From IMG/VR virus record IMGVR_UViG_3300032225_002514, positions 1 through 29,214 of that record: a DNA stretch of 29,214 nucleotides, one strand, 5' to 3'. The notes under the pieces were generated by a model, which was not told where the DNA came from, made no database searches, and saw nothing but the letters and a program-made list of their open reading frames with translations. Below are positions 16,909 through 26,463 of this stretch, in pieces (within the stretch, counting starts at the first letter, position 1; every line of letters starts with the position of its first letter). Source of the DNA: a virus. Lineage: Duplodnaviria > Caudoviricetes. The translations under genes were made by a program, and so were the position numbers.

Positions 16909-16916
16909 CAAAGATA
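16909..16916 (-). promoter_or_regulatory. Bacteroidota -7 element, leaderless geometry
   Basis: TATCTTTG-N4-ATG. Confidence 0.7.
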
Positions 16917-16921
16917 AGGAA

Positions 16922-17275
16922 TTAAATTATCTTTTTAATAACTAAATGTCTTTTTATTGATTTTAATATTGAAATTACCTTTTCGATTTCTTCATCTGGT
17001 GGGTATTGCATATCAGATTTATCAGTATAGACTTTGATATGCTTATCTAAAACTTTTTGATTAAGTTCTTTCTTATTATAGTTAATCCAATCTTCTTTTA
17101 TGTAGTTAGGCATTGAACTAACATCCATTACTTTCTCAATATCATCTTCAATGATAAAGTAATCTTCGTCATTTCCAATAATAATTGTGGCAATATCAAT
17201 TAAAGTATGATGTTGTACTTCAGTTGATATAGATATTTCTTTCCAAGGTGAAAGATTAATTAATCTTTGATTCAT
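16922..17275 (-). CDS. Hypothetical protein, tag variant (KRHLVIKKII*)
   Basis: 117-aa ORF. Confidence 0.75.
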   Translation of the reverse strand: MNQRLINLSPWKEISISTEVQHHTLIDIATIIIGNDEDYFIIEDDIEKVMDVSSMPNYIKEDWINYNKKELNQKVLDKHIKVYTDKSDMQYPPDEEIEKVISILKSIKRHLVIKKII

Positions 17276-17278
17276 TAA

Positions 17279-18619
17279 TTACTTGAATTTCTTTTTTAAT
17301 TCAGTTAAATCTAATAGGTACATATCTTTAGGATCTGTTGCCTCCAAGACTTTTATCTCTTCTTTCTTAGTAGTAAAGTCTTCTTTAATCTTTTCGTACA
17401 TCTCTTTTGTTAAAGAGTAGATAGGCATTCTCAATAAGTAATCATAAGAATTATCAATCTTATCCAATCCCATTGCTTCAATACCCTCAATGATAACAGC
17501 TTTAGCAACATTATTTACTTTCAACTTACCATCAATAATAGCTTTGATGAATCGACCACGATTAGAAAGTATTTTCAACTCTCTATTCATTTTATCTAAT
17601 AAGAACTGTTTTCTTTTGTGATAATAATTTAATCTAAAGTTAACAAAGTATCTAATTATATCTCCAGTATTTTCAAAAATCATTAACTTTCCATTCTCAT
17701 CTAATGTTGAAAATATTTCAGTAGAAGATTCTTCTAGCTTTAACAACTTAACTAATTTCTCGTCATCTAACTTATCTAAGTCAGCTCTGGTAAATTTAAT
17801 AGTGTAATCAATATTATCTTTACAATTGTCATCATATGAAACAATCAATTTATCATCAACTAATTTATCTAAAAGTTCTTCATATTTTTCATATGTCATT
17901 GAAGGGGGAAGTTCACTAATCTTAACAGTAGAAGTATTAGCTCTATCAAACTTACCTCTAATCATCCATCTTTTATTATTTTCAGAATCTTGGATAAATT
18001 CACCAATAAATCCATTTAATGATGGCTTAACCTCATCTGGATTCTTATCAGCAAGAACTTTAACACAAGCATCAATAATACTTTTAATATCTCTGTTTAA
18101 GACATTTGATGCGAAACCTACAGCAATACCTGATGAACCATTTAATAAAACAGTTGGTACAATCGGTAAGAAAAAATGTGGTTCAATTGATTCACCTTCT
18201 TCTTCTTTATATTCAAGAAGTTCAAAGTCTTTATAAATCAATCTAAAGTTGTCCGATAATTTTGTACCGATATAACGAGGAGCACCGGCTTGTGGTGAAC
18301 GTAATGATCCAAACTGACCATCTTCTTCTAAAAGTGAAGCGTTGTTCTTAAAACTCTGAGCCATTGTTATAATAGCATTAGATAGTGAGGCATCGCCGTG
18401 ATGATAGAAACAGTCAGATGCTACTTTACCACTCAATTGAAAAACCTTTAGAGTCTTTTCACTACCAGTTTTCCAGATTTGGTTAGCAACGTGAATGATT
18501 TTTCTTTGGCTTGGCTTAAATCCGTCTATCACAGAAGGTATTGCTCTTCCTTCTACAACATACATTGCGAACTCCTTATACTCGTTTGATAGGAAATCAG
18601 ATATTGTTTTTTCTGTCAT
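17279..18619 (-). CDS. DNA topoisomerase II, DNA-cleavage subunit (T4 gp52-like; GyrA/ParC family)
   Basis: RAIPSVIDGFKPSQRK, YHHGD, GQFGS, APRY (catalytic Tyr), GIAVGF; no gyrase C-terminal pinwheel. Confidence 0.96.
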   Translation of the reverse strand: MTEKTISDFLSNEYKEFAMYVVEGRAIPSVIDGFKPSQRKIIHVANQIWKTGSEKTLKVFQLSGKVASDCFYHHGDASLSNAIITMAQSFKNNASLLEEDGQFGSLRSPQAGAPRYIGTKLSDNFRLIYKDFELLEYKEEEGESIEPHFFLPIVPTVLLNGSSGIAVGFASNVLNRDIKSIIDACVKVLADKNPDEVKPSLNGFIGEFIQDSENNKRWMIRGKFDRANTSTVKISELPPSMTYEKYEELLDKLVDDKLIVSYDDNCKDNIDYTIKFTRADLDKLDDEKLVKLLKLEESSTEIFSTLDENGKLMIFENTGDIIRYFVNFRLNYYHKRKQFLLDKMNRELKILSNRGRFIKAIIDGKLKVNNVAKAVIIEGIEAMGLDKIDNSYDYLLRMPIYSLTKEMYEKIKEDFTTKKEEIKVLEATDPKDMYLLDLTELKKKFK

Positions 18620-18656
18620 ACGATTATATATGATAAAAATGTTTGTTTGTTTTTAA

Positions 18657-19391
18657 TTATCCGATCACAACTAATTTAATATTACCATCTAAATCTTCAT
18701 ATAAATATGAACAAGTCTCGCAGAAATCACCTGTATTATAGTAGGTTTTATCTCCTATTTTTTCAATGGCTGGTGTATGAATGTGACCAATCATAATTGA
18801 ATCACAATCGACCTCATCTAATTTTTTAAGTGATAAAAATTTGAAATCATTAATAAAAGTGATAGCGTTTTTAACTTTATATTTAAGATACTGAGATAAA
18901 GACCAGTATTCAAGACCTACAAGTTTTCTGAACCAGTTATAAGCTTTGTTAATTTTAAAACTCATTTCATATGCCCAATCACCTAATACATATAAGAAAG
19001 GATGTAGTCTGATGAAACCATCAAATTGATCACCGTGACAAATGTATATCTTTTCACCTTTAGATGTTTCATAATACATCTCATCACAAATAGTTATATC
19101 ACCAATATTTATATTTTCATCTTTTATTAATCCTCTTAAATAAAAGTCGTGGTTTCCTAATATATAAGTCACTTTAACTCCCTTTCTGGATGCTCTTAAA
19201 ACTTTTTGAATAACTGTTGAGTGATCAGCATTCCAATAGAATTTCTTTTTTAATGATGTTAAATCGATGAAGTCTCCAACGATTACTAAATTTTCACACT
19301 CAATGTCCTTCAAAACTTCAAGTAGTTTACCGGCTTGTGACTTATGATTACCTAAGTGAATATCCGATACAAATAATGTTTTAACTTTCAT
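18657..19391 (-). CDS. Metallophosphoesterase, UDP-2,3-diacylglucosamine hydrolase (LpxH-like) family
   Basis: SDIHLG, GDFID, GNHD, HGD, GHIH and NTGD motifs. Confidence 0.88.
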   Translation of the reverse strand: MKVKTLFVSDIHLGNHKSQAGKLLEVLKDIECENLVIVGDFIDLTSLKKKFYWNADHSTVIQKVLRASRKGVKVTYILGNHDFYLRGLIKDENINIGDITICDEMYYETSKGEKIYICHGDQFDGFIRLHPFLYVLGDWAYEMSFKINKAYNWFRKLVGLEYWSLSQYLKYKVKNAITFINDFKFLSLKKLDEVDCDSIMIGHIHTPAIEKIGDKTYYNTGDFCETCSYLYEDLDGNIKLVVIG

Positions 19392-20316
19392 ATATCTCTT
19401 TTATTTTACTAATTATACTTTCAATTGGATTGGTCCATTTGTAATCCACTTTAGTATAATTATTTAGCCATTTTTCTAAATTTACAGATGTTAAGTCATC
19501 TGTATAAACTCCTAACTTATTTAATTTGATAGAATTATCAATTTGTTCAAACTGCCCTTTAACAGGTATTGACCACAACTTTTTACCTAAAACAAGAGCC
19601 TCAGATGTTGTTGAGAAACCTGACGCTGTTATAACACCAGAACATTTGAGTAAGTCTGATTGAAATGAATCCTTATTTGATTTTTTGAATTCTATGTTTT
19701 TATAAGTATAATCTGCAATAACATCACTACTATAAACTTTGAATTTTTTATCTGAATATTTAAGTTCATTCTTAATATGTTCTAAACTATAAGCGGCTAA
19801 ATAAACTAAGTAAAAGTCTTCATCAGATACTTTATTCTTTAAGAACTTCTCGGATATAATAGGTTGATAACCATTTGTATAATCTAAAGGTATATAATAC
19901 TCACAAGGAGCAAAATATTTAATAAAGAGAGATTCGAAAAAATTTGACTTAGCAATTGAAACTTGATTTGATATACCTATTGATTTTATCTTGTATTTTT
20001 TAGCAGAGTAAGCACTTATAGGCTCAAAGTCAGATATAACTAAATCATATCCGCTACAATCATAATTTAAATCTTTTATTAATTTAAATAGATTTAATGA
20101 TAATATAGTTTTAAGTTTATTTATTTTACCAGACTTGTTAAAATACATTGATAAGCCTTTGAACTTTTTGATATAATCAGGCAGTTCTATACTATAGTTG
20201 CCACCCGAAGCAATAACATCAACATCATAACCGTTAGATTTTAATTGATTTATCAATTCTAAAGACCTTGTTATGTGTCCATTTCCATTAAGTTGTATTC
20301 CGTATAAAATCCTCAT
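19381..20316 (-). CDS. GT-B glycosyltransferase (GT28-like, MJ1255/VC2487 type)
   Basis: RILYGI..NGNGHITRS, DLVISDFEP, SGFSTTSEAL..GK, PVKGQFEQ..N. Confidence 0.88.
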   Translation of the reverse strand: MRILYGIQLNGNGHITRSLELINQLKSNGYDVDVIASGGNYSIELPDYIKKFKGLSMYFNKSGKINKLKTILSLNLFKLIKDLNYDCSGYDLVISDFEPISAYSAKKYKIKSIGISNQVSIAKSNFFESLFIKYFAPCEYYIPLDYTNGYQPIISEKFLKNKVSDEDFYLVYLAAYSLEHIKNELKYSDKKFKVYSSDVIADYTYKNIEFKKSNKDSFQSDLLKCSGVITASGFSTTSEALVLGKKLWSIPVKGQFEQIDNSIKLNKLGVYTDDLTSVNLEKWLNNYTKVDYKWTNPIESIISKIKEIYES

Positions 20317-20497
20317 CCTTTATCTATTGATATATAAAACCCATTTTTAATAAAGTTCTTTAATTCTTAAAAATTATAATGATTTTCCAATATTATTTTT
20401 ATGTTAAGTTAAGTTGACATTTGAAAAGTCAAAACTATAATTATTTAAACAAAAGAAATTATTTACCATATATACTTAAAATTCTAAGTTAAGTAAA

Positions 20498-22342
20498 ATG
20501 TCAGTAGATAAGAAGTTCAAAAAGTTAGATGATATAGACCACGTTATTTTAAGACCTGGTATGTACATTGGTTCAATAAAACCTCACAAGGCTACTAAAT
20601 GGATTGTTGATGATGAAAAAATGACTCAAAAAGAGGTAACCTATAATCCAGGTTTGCTTAAAATTTTTGACGAGATTGTTACCAACTCTGTTGATGAAAG
20701 CAAAAGAAAAGGTTCTAAATTAAATACTGTTAAAGTAGATATTGATAGAACAACAAACTACATAAACATCTGGGATAATGGCGGAATTCCTGTAGTTAAA
20801 CACACTCAACATAAAGAGTGGATTCCGGAAATGATATTTTCAAATCTTAAAGCAGGTTCTAACTTCAATGATGAAGAACAAAGAACTGGAGCTGGTACAA
20901 ATGGTGTAGGTTCTACACTTACTAATATCTATTCAAAAGAATTCACAGTAACTACTTGTGACGGTGCTAATCACTTCACTCAAACTTTCTCTAACAATAT
21001 GAGAAAGAGAACAGCACCTAAGACTAAGAAATCTACAAAAGGATTCACAGAGATTAATTATTTAGTTGATTTTGAAAAGTTCGCACTAACTGGAATTGAT
21101 GACGATCACTTCAAAATGATTGAGAAAAGAGTTTATGATATTGCGGCTTGTAATACTAATCTTAAAGTTTATTTTAATGGTAAATTAATCAATATCAAAA
21201 CATTTGAGGATTACATCAAGTATTATACTAAAGACTTCTTCTATGAAGCTAAGAAAGATAAAACTTGGTCTTTAGGTATTGCTCTTTCTAACAATGGATT
21301 TCAACAAGTCAGTTTTGCTAACTCTACTGATACTTATGATGGTGGAACTCACGTTGATTATATAATGAATCAAATCATTGCTCAACTTCGTGAATTCTTT
21401 ATGAAAAAACATAAAGTAGATGTTAGACCAGGTGAGCTAAAGAATCATATGTTTTTATTCTTAGATTCTACTGTAATTAATCCATCCTTCTCTTCACAAA
21501 CAAAAGAAAAGCTTATCACCGAGATTAAAGACTTTGGTTCTACTTTTGAAGTATCTAATAAGTTAGTTCAATCAATTATTAAATCTGAAATAGTTAATTC
21601 TATCTTAGATTGGATTCAACAAAAGAAAAGTGCTGAAGAATCTAAATTACAAAGAGATTTAAATAAGAAACTTGACAAGATTAAAGTTGAGAAACTTATT
21701 GATGCTAAAGGTAAAGACAGATGGAAATATTCAATTGGTTTATTTGAAGGTGATTCAGCTATATCAGCTTTTAGAAAGTATAGAGATCCTCAAACAATGG
21801 GAGCATTTGCTCTTAAAGGTAAGTTTGTGAATGTATCTGAAATGACTAATCAGAAGTTAGTCCAAAATACAGAAGTTGTTAATTTAATGGCGGCTATTGG
21901 TTTGAAATTAGGACAAAGAATTGAATTGAAAGATTTAAGATATGGTCGTATTCTTTTTTATGTAGATGCGGATGTCGATGGTAACTCAATCGCTGGTTTA
22001 CTTCTAAACTTTTTTTACAAGTACTGGCCTGATATGTTTGAAAGACGAATGATTTACAAAGTTGAGACTCCTATTGTAGTTGCTGTACCAAAAGCAAAAA
22101 CTAAAAAGAAAGTTCTTTTTTATTCACAAACTGAGTATAATGATTGGGCCGCTAAGAATGACTTAAAGAATTATGAGATTAAGTATAAAAAAGGTTTAGC
22201 CGCACTTGTTGATGATGAGTATCAAGATATTATCAATAGTCCTAAAATGACTTTAATTTCAAAAGATGATATGTCAGCTAATTCCTTAGATATTTGGTTT
22301 GGTAAAAATTCTGACCTAAGAAAAACAGAGTTGCTAAAGTAA
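20498..22342 (+). CDS. DNA topoisomerase II, ATPase/TOPRIM subunit (T4 gp39+gp60-like; GyrB/ParE family)
   Basis: RPGMYIGS, EIVTNSVDE, DNGGIP, GTNGVG, EGDSA, DADVDG and YKKGL motifs. Confidence 0.96.
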   Translation: MSVDKKFKKLDDIDHVILRPGMYIGSIKPHKATKWIVDDEKMTQKEVTYNPGLLKIFDEIVTNSVDESKRKGSKLNTVKVDIDRTTNYINIWDNGGIPVVKHTQHKEWIPEMIFSNLKAGSNFNDEEQRTGAGTNGVGSTLTNIYSKEFTVTTCDGANHFTQTFSNNMRKRTAPKTKKSTKGFTEINYLVDFEKFALTGIDDDHFKMIEKRVYDIAACNTNLKVYFNGKLINIKTFEDYIKYYTKDFFYEAKKDKTWSLGIALSNNGFQQVSFANSTDTYDGGTHVDYIMNQIIAQLREFFMKKHKVDVRPGELKNHMFLFLDSTVINPSFSSQTKEKLITEIKDFGSTFEVSNKLVQSIIKSEIVNSILDWIQQKKSAEESKLQRDLNKKLDKIKVEKLIDAKGKDRWKYSIGLFEGDSAISAFRKYRDPQTMGAFALKGKFVNVSEMTNQKLVQNTEVVNLMAAIGLKLGQRIELKDLRYGRILFYVDADVDGNSIAGLLLNFFYKYWPDMFERRMIYKVETPIVVAVPKAKTKKKVLFYSQTEYNDWAAKNDLKNYEIKYKKGLAALVDDEYQDIINSPKMTLISKDDMSANSLDIWFGKNSDLRKTELLK

Positions 22343-22353
22343 TTTAGTTTTAT

Positions 22354-22361
22354 TATCTTTG
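22354..22361 (+). promoter_or_regulatory. Bacteroidota -7 element, leaderless geometry
   Basis: TATCTTTG-N4-ATG (22366). Confidence 0.7.
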
Positions 22362-22365
22362 CCTG

Positions 22366-22695
22366 ATGATCCGAGATAGAGCATGGCGCAGATATATGGA
22401 AGAGCGAATAGTCATTCGTAGAATGGCTCGTGCTGTCTGTGCCAATAGATGGTGGCGAGGATTCAAAGATGTTAATGATATTAACCATCAAAGACCAACT
22501 ATAGCAATTTATATCGGAACTGAAATACACTTTAGAGCTAAAACACACACTACTACAAAGTGGGACACTAAACACAAGGTTAAATACTCTCCAAATAAAG
22601 ACCAAGGTTATTATCGTGATGAAGGTAATGGTCAAACCAGAGAAAGTGATAAAAGAACCTTTTTAAGAATATTAAAAGAGAATGGACTTAAATAA
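22366..22695 (+). CDS. Basic hypothetical protein
   Basis: 109 aa, Arg/Lys-rich. Confidence 0.7.
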   Translation: MIRDRAWRRYMEERIVIRRMARAVCANRWWRGFKDVNDINHQRPTIAIYIGTEIHFRAKTHTTTKWDTKHKVKYSPNKDQGYYRDEGNGQTRESDKRTFLRILKENGLK

Positions 22696-23227
22696 TTTAA
22701 TACCAGATAAATTTAGACCTTTACATAATCCTCCTTGGGTTGTTAAAGGTCAATTTATTATGTTCAAAAAATATGAATACATACCGGTATGCTTTGTAAA
22801 AGATGAAGTTGTTTATGTTTTCTTAGATGGTAGAATTGTAAAACCTGTATTAAAATTAGTTAAAAACTTAATTAATTTAGGTGTTGAATTTTACTTTACA
22901 ACTCCTGAGTTATCAAATCCTAAAGGTATTATAGAAGAAAATTATAATGATAAAGTAATAAAACATTATCTATACTCATATGCTCAAGTTGAATTCTTTG
23001 ATGGGTTTAGAAACATTGACTTTGACTTAATTGATAATATGGTTAAGTGGACTGATAAAGAAAATTGCTTTGATAAAGTTAAAGCCAATTATGAGTTAAT
23101 TCATAAAAAGGTAGAAAGAAAAGAGTATGATTACTTTTCAAATAATTATTCATATGAGTACAAAGATGAAATAAGAGAAGAGTTCCAAAGCCTTTACCGT
23201 CATATTCAAATTAGTAAGATTATTTAA
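22682..23227 (+). CDS. Hypothetical protein, tag variant (YRHIQISKII*)
   Basis: 181-aa ORF. Confidence 0.8.
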   Translation: MDLNNLIPDKFRPLHNPPWVVKGQFIMFKKYEYIPVCFVKDEVVYVFLDGRIVKPVLKLVKNLINLGVEFYFTTPELSNPKGIIEENYNDKVIKHYLYSYAQVEFFDGFRNIDFDLIDNMVKWTDKENCFDKVKANYELIHKKVERKEYDYFSNNYSYEYKDEIREEFQSLYRHIQISKII

Positions 23228-23256
23228 ACTTTCTTTATGATGTTTATATAATCCCT

Positions 23257-23682
23257 ATGGGATTTGTAAACATAGGTGGGCAAACAGTTCACACAAGCGC
23301 AATAGGTGCTCCAGTCTTTGGAACACCTTCTATATCAAGCTCAGTAGGCAATTCTGGAATTATTAGCATATCTGGTACAAATTCTTCAATCACAACTTCA
23401 ACATTAAGTGGTGGTCAATATCTTACTTGGGGTGGTAGCACTATGAACTACTCAATTAATAAAATAACCTATCATGTTTTAGGCGAAGATATTGAAGTTG
23501 AGGGTTATGGTGATCCACATCTTGCTGTTGCTATTTCAACATTAAATGTTTTGGGTAAACCTTTTTATGATGAATTGAAAAAGAATAATGTTTCTTTACC
23601 GGAAGTAATAGAAGAGTATTTAGAAGTAAAATTCAAAATTTTAGAAAGAGATAGAAAAATAAAAGATATTCTTAAATCCTAA
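23257..23682 (+). CDS. Hypothetical protein with S/G/T-rich N-terminus and C-terminal tag (RDRKIKDILKS*)
   Basis: 141-aa ORF. Confidence 0.8.
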   Translation: MGFVNIGGQTVHTSAIGAPVFGTPSISSSVGNSGIISISGTNSSITTSTLSGGQYLTWGGSTMNYSINKITYHVLGEDIEVEGYGDPHLAVAISTLNVLGKPFYDELKKNNVSLPEVIEEYLEVKFKILERDRKIKDILKS

Positions 23683-23736
23683 TTAGAAAAACAAATCGTC
23701 TTTATTTTAGTATAAAAATAAAATTAATAAAATCCA

Positions 23737-24711
23737 ATGATATGTGATTTAATAATAGACGGTAATTACATTCTAAGTAAGAATACATTCACTCTACACA
23801 AAAACAATTTGTTGTTTGGCGCATTACATAAGTCATTAGAGAATACAGTAAATAATTATAGAAAATGGTATCCATTTGCTAATGTTTATCTTGTCTCTGA
23901 TTCCAAAGAGAAATCTTGGAGAAAACAACTAACAACTAACTATAAGGCTACTCGTAAAAAAGATTCTGATATTGACTGGCAGTTTGTTTATAACGCTTAC
24001 GGTGAATTCAAAGATTCTATGAGAGGCTTAGTTAAAATTTTAGAAGCACCTCACGTTGAAGGTGATGATTGGATTTCATTCTTAGTTACTAAAGCTAATA
24101 AAGAAGGAAGATCAGCAATCATAGTTTCAAATGACTATGATATTAAACAAATCGTTAATTATGGTTTAGATCCATTGTTCATTAACATTATGACTAATGA
24201 AATGTACAATAAGGAAAAACTATTTTTACCGAGAAACTATCAAGTATTTTTAAACAAAGTATCTAAACTACCAAGTGATGATATCTTTAGTCTAAATGAT
24301 AATACAGACTTCTTATTATTACTTGATAGATTTATTAACAAGTATGAAATCAATGAAATCGATCCAGTTGAATCTTTAATGATTAAAGTTATTTCTGGTG
24401 ATACTTCAGATAACATCGGCTCTGTTTGGTCTGTTACTAAGAATGGAAAGAAAAGAGGTATTGGTGACAAAGGAGCTAAAACTATTTATGATGAATATCT
24501 ACAAGAGTTTGGTGAGGTCAACTTAGGTGATCCAGATTTATATGAGAATATAGCTGATTTAATCTGTGAAAAGAAAAAGTTAAGTAAAACTCAAATTGAA
24601 TCAATTGTAGAAAATATCAAAGGTAATATGAGATTAATTGATTTAAGATTACACAATTTACCAGATGAGATTATTAACAAAATGGAAACTGGTTATTCAA
24701 TATTAAGATAA
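23737..24711 (+). CDS. 5'-3' exonuclease / T4 RNase H-like (FEN/PIN fold)
   Basis: IIDGN, WRK...YKATR, EGDD, SNDYD and GDTSDNI motifs. Confidence 0.9.
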   Translation: MICDLIIDGNYILSKNTFTLHKNNLLFGALHKSLENTVNNYRKWYPFANVYLVSDSKEKSWRKQLTTNYKATRKKDSDIDWQFVYNAYGEFKDSMRGLVKILEAPHVEGDDWISFLVTKANKEGRSAIIVSNDYDIKQIVNYGLDPLFINIMTNEMYNKEKLFLPRNYQVFLNKVSKLPSDDIFSLNDNTDFLLLLDRFINKYEINEIDPVESLMIKVISGDTSDNIGSVWSVTKNGKKRGIGDKGAKTIYDEYLQEFGEVNLGDPDLYENIADLICEKKKLSKTQIESIVENIKGNMRLIDLRLHNLPDEIINKMETGYSILR

Positions 24712-25106
24712 TGGCAGATTTGAAACTTGTAGGGAACGCAATGTTCTATAAAAAGAGTGATTGGATAAATGTACCGGATGAAGAAAAGGAGTCTTGCTTC
24801 TTTATCTTCAACCGCTACTTTGCTAAAAAATTTCCCGAAAAAGCTCAACTTCTTAACTTAAAATCAATAGATAAGATAACTGCCATGGATTTATGGTATC
24901 AGTTTATGTTAAAACAACCTTATCCAAATTGGTTTTGGTCTAAGAGTGAAAAAGGCAAAAAGTCTGAAGTCAATGATAAAGATTATAAACTTCTTTTACA
25001 AAGATTGAAAATAAAAGATATTGACTTAGATTATCTAATTGAACATCATATCGAATTCATTAAAGAAGAAATCAAATATTACAAACAAATAGAAAAAGGA
25101 AATTAA
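24711..25106 (+). CDS. Possible clamp-loader small subunit (T4 gp62-like)
   Basis: FFIFNRYF...LLN...WFWSK pattern, size and replication-gene context; weak by-eye similarity. Confidence 0.4.
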   Translation: MADLKLVGNAMFYKKSDWINVPDEEKESCFFIFNRYFAKKFPEKAQLLNLKSIDKITAMDLWYQFMLKQPYPNWFWSKSEKGKKSEVNDKDYKLLLQRLKIKDIDLDYLIEHHIEFIKEEIKYYKQIEKGN

Positions 25107-25115
25107 ATTAAAAAT

Positions 25116-25673
25116 ATGAATACAACAATGGAAAAAGAAACAACAATGAAGTGGTACATCGTTAGAGCACAATCTAATCGTGAGCGTTCTGTAGCCGAAA
25201 AATTAAGAAAAGAATCTGAAAAAGGTGACTTGATGGGTGTAGTTAGTAGAGTTTTAGTACCAACTGAAAAAAACTTCCACTTAAAAGATGGTAAGAAAGT
25301 TACCAGAGAAAAAGTTATGTATCCAGGTTATATTTTTGTTGAGACAAAATCAATTGGTGAGTTAGCACACTTTGTTAAAGGTTGTGATGGCGCGACTGGT
25401 CTTTTGGCTGATAGATCTAAAAAACCTCAAGTACTTTCACTTAAAGAAGTAGAAAGAATGATTGGTATCCAAGAACAAGTAGCTGTTGAACAAGAATCTA
25501 CAAACAGATTCATCGTAGGTGAAGTAGTTAAAATCTTAGATGGTCCTTTTAATTCATTCACTGGTGATGTTGAAAACATCGATGGTGATAAGGTTAAGAT
25601 TGCTGTTTTAATCTTTGGTAGAAAAACTTTGGTAGAATTAAACATCACACAAATCGATAAAAATATCGCTTAA
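25116..25673 (+). CDS. nusG: Transcription elongation/antitermination factor NusG
   Basis: WYIVRAQSNRE, YPGYIFV (NGN domain); GEVVKILDGPFNSFTG...IFGRKTLVEL (KOW domain). Confidence 0.95.
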   Translation: MNTTMEKETTMKWYIVRAQSNRERSVAEKLRKESEKGDLMGVVSRVLVPTEKNFHLKDGKKVTREKVMYPGYIFVETKSIGELAHFVKGCDGATGLLADRSKKPQVLSLKEVERMIGIQEQVAVEQESTNRFIVGEVVKILDGPFNSFTGDVENIDGDKVKIAVLIFGRKTLVELNITQIDKNIA

Positions 25674-25677
25674 ATAA

Positions 25678-26463
25678 ATGGGTAGAATTACATCATATGG
25701 TGTAGAGAAAGACCGAAAAATTTATGGAAATTGTCAAGTCCTATCTCCGGATGGAATTTTGATGTTTAGATGTGATGAGAAAAAAGCCAAGTGGTATCTT
25801 AATAGAAACTTAGGTGAGATCGTATCAGAATCACCATTAATAGTTAAATTGAAATTTGAACCAAGAGGTTTAGGTAATCATAATAAAAGTTTTGGCTTAT
25901 CTGAAATGGGTAACAGATGTGTTACTTGTGGTAATGAAGAATATCTTACCAGACACCACGTTGTGCCTTATTGTTACCGTAGATACTTTCCAATTGAGTT
26001 GAAATCTCATAACTTTCACGATGTTCTTTCTTTATGTGCTGATTGTCATGATTCTTATGAAAGAAAGGCTGATGAGTTAAAGAATAAGTTAGGAGAAACA
26101 TATAATATACCTCTAAACGGTGAAATATGTGGTGATGGTAAAGAATTTATAACTTATGTAAAGATATCAATTGCTTTACTTAATCCAGATATTAATATAC
26201 CTAAAGTGAAAGTTAATCTGATGAAAAAGAAGATTAAAGATTATTTTGGTATTAAGAGATTAGATAAAAGAAGGCTAGAAAAGATATCTAAAATCAAAAC
26301 AGTAGTTATCAAAAAGACACATGGTGAAGTTGTTATGTCTAAGGTAGATAATATACAAAACTTCGTAGAGATGTGGAGATTACACTTCTTAGAAAATAAT
26401 GATTGTAAGCATTTACCAAAAGATTGGAGTGTAAAAACTAATATAAGAATAACACATGAGTAA
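25678..26463 (+). CDS. HNH nuclease-domain protein resembling the EXD2 C-terminal region
   Basis: YGNCQVLSPDG..C..KKAKWYL; CVTCG; TRHHVVP; HDVLSLCADCH. Confidence 0.8.
   Translation: MGRITSYGVEKDRKIYGNCQVLSPDGILMFRCDEKKAKWYLNRNLGEIVSESPLIVKLKFEPRGLGNHNKSFGLSEMGNRCVTCGNEEYLTRHHVVPYCYRRYFPIELKSHNFHDVLSLCADCHDSYERKADELKNKLGETYNIPLNGEICGDGKEFITYVKISIALLNPDINIPKVKVNLMKKKIKDYFGIKRLDKRRLEKISKIKTVVIKKTHGEVVMSKVDNIQNFVEMWRLHFLENNDCKHLPKDWSVKTNIRITHE

Noticed and set aside
1288-22342. Near-matches to the tag in the HAD protein (GIKEKILKFLL*), glycosyltransferase (ISKIKEIYES*) and topoisomerase (RKTELLK*)
   Set aside because: They lack the Arg or the spacing; the topoisomerase ending matches the family's own RKxWL-type motif
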